From NCBI GenBank assembly GCA_965229885.1, contig CBDDJX010000002.1:423945-487944 (forward strand): a stretch of DNA of 64,000 nt, given 5' to 3'. Both the position numbers and the translations under genes were made by a program. Under the pieces are notes generated by a model, which worked only from the letters and a program-made list of their open reading frames with translations, was not told where the DNA came from and searched no databases. Shown here in pieces: positions 53,275-64,000 of this stretch. This DNA is from Vicinamibacterales bacterium. GTDB lineage: Bacteria > Acidobacteriota > Vicinamibacteria > Vicinamibacterales > CAVVIG01. The first letter of the stretch is position 1. Each line of letters starts with the position of its first letter.

Positions 53275-53949
53275 TCAATGACGACAGTAACTGCACACGG
53301 TGGACTGAGTCGGAACCGTCGACACTGTGGTCAGGCCTGTAAGCTTCTGGAGCCAGCCGCCGCGGAGCAGCCCGCCGAGCGCCGCACCGTAGGCTGCATG
53401 CGCGGCGAGTACAGTCGCCGCAAAGTGCCATCCGAATTCACGGCCGAAGAGCCCGACGCCGAGTGACTCGACAACGGGGCTGCCGAGGAAACCGATGCCG
53501 ACGCCGAGACCGTATGCGATCGCCAGCGCGACTGAGCGACCGCCCGTCACCACCACAAAGATGATGCCGAACGCGGCGCCGTTCCAGAAGTGATACGCGA
53601 AGCCAGCGACGTCTGACCAGGTCGACGGCCCCAAGGCAAACCGATCGAGCAGCAGCACGCCCATCAACTGGGGTAGGTTGCCAGGCATGAAACCCAGTCG
53701 AAACCCAGGGTAACGGAGGGCCTCCAGCGCGAGGGTTGCCACCGCGCCCGCGACCGCCCCGCGCGCAATCACGGACGCGAGATCTGGTTGCCAGTGCCGC
53801 GACACGAACCAGACCACGAGCAGGCCGGCGATCGACGGCAGCAGCGCGACCAGCGCGAGATCGTGAAGCGACGCGTACCCGAGCTGCGCGACCGGAAACA
53901 CTAGGGGTCCGACGGCGGCCAGCAGCATGACAATGGCACGCATAAACAT
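53275..53949 (-). CDS. Membrane protein of unknown function
   Basis: About 6 TM segments, YHFWNG, C-terminal CSYC; AGGAG RBS. Confidence 0.65.
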   Translation of the reverse strand: MFMRAIVMLLAAVGPLVFPVAQLGYASLHDLALVALLPSIAGLLVVWFVSRHWQPDLASVIARGAVAGAVATLALEALRYPGFRLGFMPGNLPQLMGVLLLDRFALGPSTWSDVAGFAYHFWNGAAFGIIFVVVTGGRSVALAIAYGLGVGIGFLGSPVVESLGVGLFGREFGWHFAATVLAAHAAYGAALGGLLRGGWLQKLTGLTTVSTVPTQSTVCSYCRH

Positions 53950-54012
53950 CACATTCTCCTGACTAAGACGACGGAAGCGACGGGACATGCGCCCGCCGCT
54001 CCCCACCACGGC

Positions 54013-54522
54013 CTACTGCGCCGCCATCGTCGCGAGCCCACCGATCTTCTCGTCGAGCATCTGCGCGATCATTCCGATCTTGTCGTTCTTGAACTGCCCG
54101 AGTAGCGTCGACGGCTTGTCGTACTGAACGTACGTCTTCCCGTCGGTGTCGGTGTAGACCGCGATGCGCAGTGGCACATACAGGCCCACCGCGTGGCTCT
54201 GCTCGAACAGCTGCTTCCCCACAGTCGGATTGCCCACCAGAAACACCGTCGCCTTGAGGCTTAATCCCGTCATCGACAGCATCTTGCCCTGGTCGACCTG
54301 GACCATTACCATCATGCCGTTCTTTGTGACGAGCGACTTCGCCGCGTCGCTCACCTGTTCGAACGACTTGCTGGACGCCACCGTGACCAGGGCGTCGGCG
54401 GCGCCATCAGCTGCGTACGCCGGCACGGCGACCACCGAGATTGCCAGCGCGAGCGCGAGCGCACCCGCCCACATCTGGCGCCATTTATTGCGTTCCCGAC
54501 CTTCGTTGCGGATGATAGACAT
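54013..54522 (-). CDS. Exported DUF302 domain protein
   Basis: Signal peptide; VGNPTVG, VGLYVPLRIAVY, YDKPS. Confidence 0.82.
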   Translation of the reverse strand: MSIIRNEGRERNKWRQMWAGALALALAISVVAVPAYAADGAADALVTVASSKSFEQVSDAAKSLVTKNGMMVMVQVDQGKMLSMTGLSLKATVFLVGNPTVGKQLFEQSHAVGLYVPLRIAVYTDTDGKTYVQYDKPSTLLGQFKNDKIGMIAQMLDEKIGGLATMAAQ

Positions 54523-54632
54523 TGCTTTCTGCTCCACCTGGCTGCACGAGCTGCGTGAATCGCAATCGCGTGTTCCTAGAGTGAGTGCGACGGTCTGGCC
54601 GTTCGTTACAGCGGCTGCTTCAGGATGTGAGA

Positions 54633-54949
54633 TTGACCACGGAAGCGACCGACGACCTGATCGAGCGCTTGCGCCGGCGCGACGAGCCCACGCTCCTCGC
54701 GATCGTGCAGGAGTATGCACGGCCGCTCTATCGGGCGGCCCGAGGCATGGGCTTTCGCGACCATGAGGCGGAAGACCTCGCCCAAGATGTACTGACCACC
54801 TTCATCCAGACGCTGGACCGCTTCGAGGGGCGCTCGCAGGTCAAAACCTAGCTATTCGGAATCCTCCATAACAAGGTTCACGAGCGGCGGCGGTCGCTCG
54901 CCCGCGAATCGTCGACCGACTCTATCGACGACACGTTCGAGTCGCGCTT
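54633..54949 (+). pseudogene. ECF sigma factor, nonsense mutation at 54849 and truncated by IS
   Basis: AEDLAQD..DRFEGRSQVKT*LFGILHNK; IS end begins at 54950. Confidence 0.82.
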
Positions 54950-55713
54950 TGAATCGTACCGGGTTCGTCGGAGGGCTCATTGCTTGAGAGGATGGAGCCC
55001 ATGGCACGACCGAGGAAGTATTCAGCTGAGGTTACGAGAGCGGGCCATTCGGATGGTCCGCGCGCATGGTCCCGAGCATCCGTCGCAGTGGGCCGCGATC
55101 ACGGCGATCGCGAGCAAGTTCGGCTGCACCGGTGAGACGCTGCGGAATTGGGTGCGCCAGGCCGAACGCGATACGGGCCGGCGGGGTGGCCTGACGACCG
55201 ACGAGCGCCAGCGCCTGAAGGAACGGGAACGCGACAATCGCGAATTGAGACGCGCGAATGAGATCTTGCGGAAGGCCTCCGCATATTTTGCCCAGGCGGC
55301 GCGCGACCGCCGAGTGAAGTAATGGTCCAGTTTGCGGATGACCACCGGGCCACGTAGGGGGTTGAGCCGATCTGCGCGGTGTTGCCGATCGCCCCCTCGA
55401 CGTATTTTCTGCACCACGCCCGGCAGGTGAACCCGCCGCCGCGGCCGGCGCGCGCCAAGCGCGACGACGACTTGCGGATCGCCATCCAGCGGGTCTGGGA
55501 CGCGAATTGGCAGGCATACGGACCGCGGAAGGTCTGGCAGCAGCTCGGCCGCGAAGACGTCGACGTCGCGCGCTGTATGGTCGAGCGGCTGATGGGGGCG
55601 ATGGGCTTGGCCGGCGCGGTCCGCGGCCGCGCATGGGTCACGACGCCCGCCGCTGCGACCGCCGGCGTGCGTCCCCCGGCTTTGGTCGACCGCCAGTTCA
55701 CCTCGCCGCGGCC
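54950..55713 (+). mobile_element. Truncated IS3-family (IS51/IS6110-like) copy
   Basis: Starts TGAATCGTACCGGG; near-identical to 61890-63197; extra T near 55033 breaks orfA; ends within orfB. Confidence 0.9.
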
Positions 55714-57407
55714 GCGGACCGCGCCGGTCGGCGGATCGATCTCCTCGGCGAACAACGCCACGTCGTTGCCGAACGACAGTAGTTGCTCGAACAGCTCGCC
55801 GGCCGCCGCGACATCGCCTTGCAGGGCCAGCGCCTCGACGCCCCAGAAGCTGCAGATCCCGAACGCGGCTTCGCCCCCGGTCAGCCCGTCATCATCGCCC
55901 AGATAGCGGTACAACAGACCATTGATGCCGAGCCGTTCCCGCACACGTGCCACGGTGCCGCGTATTCGTGCCGATTGCGGATCGGCATAGCCCATGAGCG
56001 ACAGCAGCAGGAGGCTGGCATCGAGCGTGTCGCCGTCGAACACGCTGACGTAGCTGCCCAACCGTTCGTTGAACCCGTGCGCCTCGATCGCGTCGCGAAC
56101 CGCGTCGCGTCGGCCGGCACGTGCCTCAGCTCGCACAGGCGCGACAGGCGGTCCAGCGCCACCCAGCACATCGCCTTCGAATGCGTATGATGCTGCCGGC
56201 CGCTGCGTGGCTCCCAGATGCCTTCGTCCGGCTCGCCCCACCTGCGGACGACCACGTCGCCGAACCCCGCGAGCGTGCGGGCCGTGACGCGATCGAGCTG
56301 CCCGCCACGCTCGACGTAGTGCCAGGCGGCGTCGATCACTTCACCGTAGGTGCCGAGCTGCAGTTGATCCGTGGCGGCGTTGCCGATGCGTACCGGCGCC
56401 GACCGGGCATGGCCCTCGAGATGATCGAGCACGGACTCCGGTAGGCGCGATTCGCCGTACACGTCGTACAGGATTTGGAGTTCGGGCCAGGTCAGTCGCG
56501 TCGCGTGCAGCAGCCAGGAGAGGAACGCCTCGCTCTCGATCATGAAGCCGAGCTCTTCGAAGGCGCGCAGCGACAGCGAGGCATCGCGCAGCCAGCAGTA
56601 GCGATAGTCCCAGTTGCGCGTGCCACCGATCGCCTCCGGCAGCAACGCGGTCGGCGCGTAGGTCAGCAACTTGAGCGTAATCGCGCTCCGGCGGACCACC
56701 TCGGTGTACGGGCCGTCGTAGCGGCATGAGCGCATCCACTCGCGCCACCAGGCGACGGACCGGGCGATGCGGTCGGCTGCAGCGCCACCCAGAGGCAGGA
56801 GCACGAGGGGCAGCCCTCGGTCGTAGGCGACCGAGAATGTCCGCGTATCGCCGGCCTGCAACCGCTCCCGGCCGCGCGCGCCCGGCCCACTCTCGACGGT
56901 CATCGGGATGTCGCTCCGGATCGCCAACACGCTGGCTTGGTGCTCGCAGGTGAGCCCGAAGGCATTCTCGATCAGCTGCGGCACCATTCGGCCGTAGTCG
57001 GGGCGCGGATCGAACAGGACCTCAATTTCGACTGTGCCCTCGAGACACTCCACCTGCCGCAGCAGCTCATGGTCGGGCCACAGCTCCCGAGCCTTGTCGT
57101 GTCCAGACGCGACCGGCATCAAATCGGTGAGGCGCACAACGCCGCTCGCGGTCCGGAAGGTGGTTTCGAGCACCGCGGTCTCGCCCACGTACCAGCGCGT
57201 CGTGGTGAACGGGTCCACCGGCGCAATCCTGAACCGGCCCCCACGGCGTGCGTCCAGTAACGCTGCAAAGAGTGATGGACTGTCGAACCGGGGCCAGCAG
57301 AGCCAGTCGACCGACCCGTCCGTGGAAACGAGCGCCGCCGAGCGGCAATCGCCAATCAGCGCGTAATCACCGATCGGACGGTATACGGGCTGGTCTCTCT
57401 CGCTCAT
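55713..57407 (-). pseudogene. Glycoside hydrolase family 15 (trehalase/glucoamylase-like), frameshifted near 56100, 3' truncated
   Basis: IGDYALIGDC, PRFDS, RNWDYRYCWLRD, DEGIWE; second frame LDASLL, LLYRY, ICSFW, FAEE. Confidence 0.87.
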
Positions 57408-57759
57408 CCGCCTCCTGTTGGACGTTCCACGCCGGGTGTCTGAGCCAGTCAGGGGGGCGGCATGCACACATCCTGCGGTCACCATCCTCGGTCCCCGCCT
57501 ACTCGCTGATTGCCTGAGTTCGTCCCGCCAACAACAGAATCGAGGTTGCCGCATCGCCGCAGTCCGCGACCGCGGCTCGTGTGAGACAGATCACTCGAAA
57601 CGAAGATGATCCGCAGTCCCCTCCGTGATGTCGAACGTCGATAGGTCACAATCAGGAAGTGATAACCGGGTCACGCTCGACGGCAAGGATCGGATCACCA
57701 TTCACTACACGCCGAACACGCTCAAGACGCTCCTCGTCCACTCGACACGCGGACGAGAA

Positions 57760-57870
57760 ATCGAGCTGGCGGCGCTCGCCGCTCACCAACCCGACGTCAT
57801 CGTCGACGCGCTGATCGGCCATGGTCTGCGGGAGGCGCCCCACGGGCGCGCCGCGGAACTCATCCGATCC
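57760..57870 (+). pseudogene. Short YjeF-N / NAD(P)HX epimerase-like fragment
   Basis: PDVIVDALIGHGLREAPHGRAAELI. Confidence 0.45.
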
Positions 57871-57906
57871 CATGCCGTCGACGTCCGCGGAAGCAGACGG
57901 TCTTGG

Positions 57907-59031
57907 TCAGGCACCACCCATCAACATGCCAAGCCGCCACGCGGCAGCCGAAACAACCGCCGAGGCGGGCAACGTGATCGCCCAGGCGGCGATGATGCTG
58001 GACACGGTGGACCACCGCACCGCGCCTCGACCAGAGCGAAGTCCGGCGCCGACGATTGCGCCACTCGCCACGTGCGTCGTCGATACCGGCAGCGCCACGA
58101 ACGAGGCGACGAGCACGAGCGCGGCCGCAACGCCGCTCGCGGCCAATCCTTCGAGCGGGTCGATCTCGGTGACGCGCTCCGCGAGAGTTTCGGTGACCCG
58201 GCGACCGCCGAGGTAGCTGCCGGCGCCCATGACCACAGCGCCGATCAGGTACAACGGCGGGGCGGCAACGCCCAGCGCCGCCGCGGCGGCAATCGCCAGC
58301 GCAGCGATCTTCGGCGTGTCGTTGAGGCCGCGTGCAAAGCTCAGCGTGGCAGTCGTCACCCAATGCAGGCCATCGGTCACGCGTACAGCGCTGATCGTCT
58401 CTTCAGTGGCGCACGCACGCTGCTCGTCGTCGACGACGAGCGGCCACACGACGGGCTGGACGGCCACGGCGGAGGCCAAGCCCTCCATGGGCACTCCTAT
58501 CAGCGGCCGTTCGGTGACGCACACGCAGTACCGTGCTGCGGCCGGCAACCGGCGGTTCGCCAGCGTGTGCACCAGATACGACAACCCGGCCGCCACGATG
58601 GGGCTCAGCGCCAGCGGCGCCGCGACGGCGCCAACGACGAGCGGCCACCGCACGCCGTGCAGGCCGTCGGCGGCTAGGGCCGCCCCGACAATGGCGCCAA
58701 TCAACGAGTGCGTGGTCGACACCGGAAGCCCGGTACGCGAAGCGGTCAGTACCCACGCGAAGGCTCCGACCGCGACGGCGAGCGGAAATAACGGCGCGCG
58801 CGCGAGCGTCCCGTCGATCAGGCCCGTGCTGAACGTCCGGAAGATCGACGTCGTGAGCGCGAGCGCCGCGACGGCGCCGGCAGCCGTCCAGATGGTGCCC
58901 CACATCAGCCCCTGCCGATAGCTCGCCAGCCGACTGCCCACGAGCGTCGCCACGCCCTTCGCCACGTCGTTGGCGCCGTTCGCCCAGGCGACACCCGCGG
59001 CGCAGATAATCGTGAACAGTGCCAGCATCAT
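57907..59031 (-). CDS. PiT-family anion transporter (variant)
   Basis: NGANDVAK, PVSTTH twice, RGLNDTPK. Confidence 0.87.
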   Translation of the reverse strand: MMLALFTIICAAGVAWANGANDVAKGVATLVGSRLASYRQGLMWGTIWTAAGAVAALALTTSIFRTFSTGLIDGTLARAPLFPLAVAVGAFAWVLTASRTGLPVSTTHSLIGAIVGAALAADGLHGVRWPLVVGAVAAPLALSPIVAAGLSYLVHTLANRRLPAAARYCVCVTERPLIGVPMEGLASAVAVQPVVWPLVVDDEQRACATEETISAVRVTDGLHWVTTATLSFARGLNDTPKIAALAIAAAAALGVAAPPLYLIGAVVMGAGSYLGGRRVTETLAERVTEIDPLEGLAASGVAAALVLVASFVALPVSTTHVASGAIVGAGLRSGRGAVRWSTVSSIIAAWAITLPASAVVSAAAWRLGMLMGGA

Positions 59032-59034
59032 GCA

Positions 59035-61511
59035 TCAACAACAACCGGAGCCGGGTGTGCAGCAGTCACTATCCCCGTCGATATTGATATGGCTGCTTGG
59101 ACCTTCGAGGACCGCAAACGACCCCGCGTACGGTGCGTGCGAGAGCTTCGCCGCTGTATCGGTGCACACTTCAACGGGCGTGCCGCGCGGAAACAGATGT
59201 CCCTCTTCATCGATAGTGGCCTTGAGTGGCCCGAGATACACCGCGTACTGGCCTACGTAGGTGCATCCAGCTTTCTTCTCGAACTTGTAGGCGCGCGCCG
59301 TCACCGAATAGAACTTGCACCCTTCTACCTCGCGCCAAAAGGCCTTCTTGAGAATCGACACGCCGTAGAAGCCGGCGCGCTCGAGGCCCGCCAGAAACGC
59401 CTCCTCGGTCAGTGCGCCGCTGATGCATTCGCCCCACAACTGGCCATCGGCGCGCATCTTCGGTGGCACCTCACGATCGGCGACGATGTCGGCAACAACG
59501 GCCCGGCCGTAGTCTTTGAGGACCCGCCACATCTCTCGAAATACTTTCGGCTTGTCTGGCGACAGATTGATGACGCAGTTCGAGGTCACGACATCGGCAG
59601 TGGCATCGTCGATCGGAATGGATTCGAGGAAACCGCGCCGGAACACGACGACGTCCCATCCGAGCGTACGGGCGACCCGCAGGCGGCAGTCGTTCGCCAC
59701 TTTCAGCATCGCTTCCGTCATGTCGATGCCGTATACCCGGCCCTCGGAACCGACCTTCTTCGCCGCGATGAAGCAGTCGATGCCCGCACCAGACCCGAGG
59801 TCGACCATCGTTTCGCCGGGCGCGAGCGCGGCGGCCGACACCGGGCTGCCGCAGCCGTAGAACCGGTCAACCACGTCGCGCGGGATGTGCGCGAGATCCG
59901 ACTCGTCCGGGCGCACCGGACAGCACAGCTCCGCCTGGGGCTCCTCGGCGGCGTGACCGTAGAACTCGCGGACCAATCCGCGCGACCGCTGAATGACTTC
60001 CTCCGACAGCACGCACGCGGAATGTGTCGTGCGCACGATCGCATCCTCGTCGTGTAACGTCCGCTCGCCCATCGCCCGGAATACGACGGGCCGGTCAAAG
60101 CCTGAACGCGGCTGCACGGTGGCGCGGCCCTCGGTAGCCATTTCCGACCAGGCGTCCGCGGCGAGCCCTTTGTACAGGTCGCAGTAGGGATCGTGCCCGG
60201 CGAAGCTGCGCGTGGCCCAGTAGCCGTGCTCGACGTCGCCGCCGCCACAGAGAAATTTCAGCGGGCAGGGCCGGCACAGTGGCTTGCGCTCGACCGTGGC
60301 CTCGCGCAGCTCACGACAGACCGGGCTGTCCTTCCAAATCCGCTCGAGCGACGCGGCGCTGAGATCGCCGCACCGGAGTTCCGACACGCCTGCCATCGAT
60401 GCCGAGGGGTACACGCAGCCGTCGGTGTAGACGCAGAGGCTGTTCCAGCCCGCCCCGGCCAGATCGTTTTTCACGCCGGCCCGGCCGTCCAGGCGGAGAC
60501 GAAATTCTTCGACGTTGTCGATCGTGATGCCCAGTTCGGCAGCGACGGCCCGGCCACGGCGCACAGCGGCCAGAATCGCATCGGCCGCCGGGAGGCTCGC
60601 AAACGGTCCGTCCAGCACGCGGCCGCGGCGGTGCGGCCACAGCAGGTGCACATTCCGAACGTCGAGCGTTGCCGCCAGCCGGACGAGCGCTTCGACATCG
60701 TTCAGGTTGTGTGCGAGCAGCACCATCGTGATGCTCGGCCGAAGACCGGCGCAACGGCGTCGCGGATCCCTGCCACGATTCGCTCGAACGTTCCGGCGCC
60801 ACGGATCGGATCGTTCGTCTGGGCCGACGCCCCGTCGAGGCTGATTTGCACGCGCAATCGGTCTCCCGCAAGCGCGGCGAGGCCGGGGAGTCGTTCCCCT
60901 TTGAACAGGGTGCCGTTGGTCAGGATCACCAACTCGCGTTGATGGTCCTCGACGATGCGGCGCGCGAGGTCCAGCGCGTCTGGGCGCGCAAGCGGTTCGC
61001 CGCCGGTGAAGAGGAACCGCTCGACACCGAGCGCGGCGCCCTGATCGATGGCGTCCACCAGGCGGCCGGTCGGCAGCCCCTGTGTCTGGTCGGGTCCCGA
61101 CGAGACGAGACAATGGGCGCATGCCAGATTGCAGAAATCGTTCACGTGCAGCCATATTTCGCGGAGACGGTCGGTCTGCAGGTACGCTGAGCGCCCAAGG
61201 TACGGGACCGGGACCGCGCCGTCAGTCGAGATGAAGTCATGACGCAACGCGTCGCGCGCGAACGTTTCGACATGCAGCCACGCCCTGACCACATCCAAGC
61301 CCGTTTCGGCCGCGTACGCCGACACGACAGCGCGCAGCGGCGTCTTGCCGTCGAGCAGCGTCAGCAGCCGGAGGCCGCGTTCATCGGTAACCACCCAGTT
61401 CGGCTTGGCGGGATCGAGCGCAACGATGGCGCCCGAGGTGCGTATAGTCGTGTCGGCCGGCGCTCGAAGCGTCGCCGTGTCGTCGAGTGCAAGAGGAATC
61501 ACCGAGTCCAT
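59035..61511 (-). CDS. PqqD-like / radical SAM / SPASM / ArsM-like methyltransferase fusion (about 825 aa), one frameshift near 60750
   Basis: CNLACAHC, GGEP, TNG; CRPCPLKFLCGGG..YC; LCCP, YGCGSP, DLGSGAG, GIDMT, SNCVINL, WGECISGAL; terminal CC..CC. Confidence 0.85.
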
Positions 61512-61571
61512 CGAAAATACCTTTCCATCAGTCCACGCACGAGAGGGGTCCGTAGCGATCGACGGTACTGA

Positions 61572-61690
61572 TCACCCGCGCTCATGATACACGTGCACGA
61601 ACCCGGCAGTTTCCTCGTCGAACACGGCGCGATCGACGCCAGCCAACTCGAGCGTGATCGTCTTCACGTCGTGCCCCCTCCACTTAGAGA
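61572..61690 (-). pseudogene. Fragment of a mercuric-reductase-like flavoprotein disulfide reductase (dimerisation domain)
   Basis: VKTITLELAGVDRAVFDEETAGFVHVYHERG. Confidence 0.5.
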
Positions 61691-61889
61691 GCCTCCCTCG
61701 AGCAATTCTGATTCCGGGCGAACGCATCACACCTGCCCGTCCTTGGTCTTCTCGTCTGGTACGCCCCGCCGGGGCGGATGTGGAACCGCTCACGTTGGCA
61801 CCCCGAGGCGAGGCAGGAGCCACACCTGAACGAGCAACCAGATCACCAGTGCCGCTACGCCTGCCAACGCGCTTTCCATCGCACCGGGC

Positions 61890-63197
<1,308 letters not shown>

Positions 63198-63412
63198 GGC
63201 TCTACGCAAGGGGCACACGTTTGGGATATCTGCTGGCACCCTTGACCGTACCGCCTGAATGCCGCCCAGGCCGCAGAATTCATGCACCCACGCGCCTCGG
63301 AGTACGAAGCGCGTTACGATCAGCAGACCGCGGTAGCCGGAGTCACTTAATTCGCTTTCCGAGAATTCCGGCACGATTCATTTTGTCAGCGATCTATGAC
63401 AGTGTTGGGTAC

Positions 63413-64000
63413 ATGCATCGCAACCCGCTGAACCCGATCGCTGCGTACTGCCTGCGCGGCCACGAAAGTGTCGAAGGGTGGCTTCAGCCAGGCGCGACCT
63501 CGCTGATTTGGTCGTTGATCGAGGTCCAGAAGCACGAGGGGATCTCGGGAGATATCGCCGAAATTGGTGTGTGGCATGGCAAGTTGTTCATCCTTCTCAG
63601 TCTCGCGCTGGCTCCGTCTGAGAAGGCGCACGCGGTCGACCCATTCGACATGCCGGGGTATCCGAACTTCGTCGACGCATTTCAACGCAATGTGACACGG
63701 TTCGAGATCCCACCGGAAAAAGTAGTGACGCACCAGATGAAGTCGGAACAGATCCCACTGGGTCAGGCCTCGTCGTTCCTTGGGGGCAGCGTGCGACTCA
63801 TCAGCCTCGACGGGGACCACCGCCGCGCCAGCATCGTGCACGACCTCCGGTTGTCCAAGGAGGTGCTGTCCGACTTCGGCGTTATCATCGTCGACGACAT
63901 CTTGAGCGCTTGGGCCCCGAGCGTCACGGAGGGGATCATCGACTTTCTGCGCCAGGACGCGGGTGACCTCGTCCCCTTCGCCCTGGCGGCCAGCGATGGG
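63413..64000 (+). CDS. Class I SAM-dependent methyltransferase (Methyltransf_24-like), runs off window; not in ORF track
   Basis: VEGWL, IAEIGVWHGK, VDPF, ISLDGDH, HDL, IIVDD. Confidence 0.8.
   Translation, partial: MHRNPLNPIAAYCLRGHESVEGWLQPGATSLIWSLIEVQKHEGISGDIAEIGVWHGKLFILLSLALAPSEKAHAVDPFDMPGYPNFVDAFQRNVTRFEIPPEKVVTHQMKSEQIPLGQASSFLGGSVRLISLDGDHRRASIVHDLRLSKEVLSDFGVIIVDDILSAWAPSVTEGIIDFLRQDAGDLVPFALAASDG

Noticed and set aside
55099-56241. 380-aa ORF as a novel fusion protein
   Set aside because: It is the GH15 C-terminal frame running into antisense IS sequence across a deletion junction.
61572-61889. RiPP precursor peptide for the PqqD-like/SPASM enzyme
   Set aside because: The only recognisable coding sequence is a reductase fragment; no precursor-like ORF with an RBS was seen, though one could have been lost.
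63386-63841. Minus-strand 151-aa ORF
   Set aside because: It overlaps the clearer plus-strand methyltransferase starting at 63413.

Overview
High-GC bacterial DNA; gene content and short repeats suggest Acidobacteriota, probably Vicinamibacteria (inference). 1-40.1 kb is core chromosome: bioA, gltA, a large phosphate/polyphosphate locus (ppx, two divergent thymidylate-kinase-like paralogs, pstB-phoU; CHAD-sixA; porin-pstSCA; phoB-phoR), ilvD, an imuA-imuB-dnaE2 cassette, two radical SAM genes, a SET-domain gene, spoIID and msrPQ. From tRNA-fMet (40041-40117) to the window end is a decaying island. It holds an integrase remnant, several IS elements, a LolA/LolCDE-like operon ending in a CxxCH prenyltransferase-repeat protein, and a probable organoarsenical gene set (PqqD-like/radical SAM/SPASM/ArsM-like fusion, PiT transporter, TIGR04283- and TIGR04282-type transferases, ArsC). 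Best candidates for undescribed biology: (1) the radical SAM-ArsM fusion cluster; (2) the TMK-like pair, one with a GK->GR P-loop, in the polyP operon as a possible new polyP kinase; (3) dnaE2 split exactly at an in-phase A_AAA_AAG slippery site behind a perfect palindrome. Many genes carry nonsense mutations, frameshifts or internal deletions, so assembly error or pseudogenisation must be excluded for single-base claims. All family calls are from motif recognition; no searches were run.
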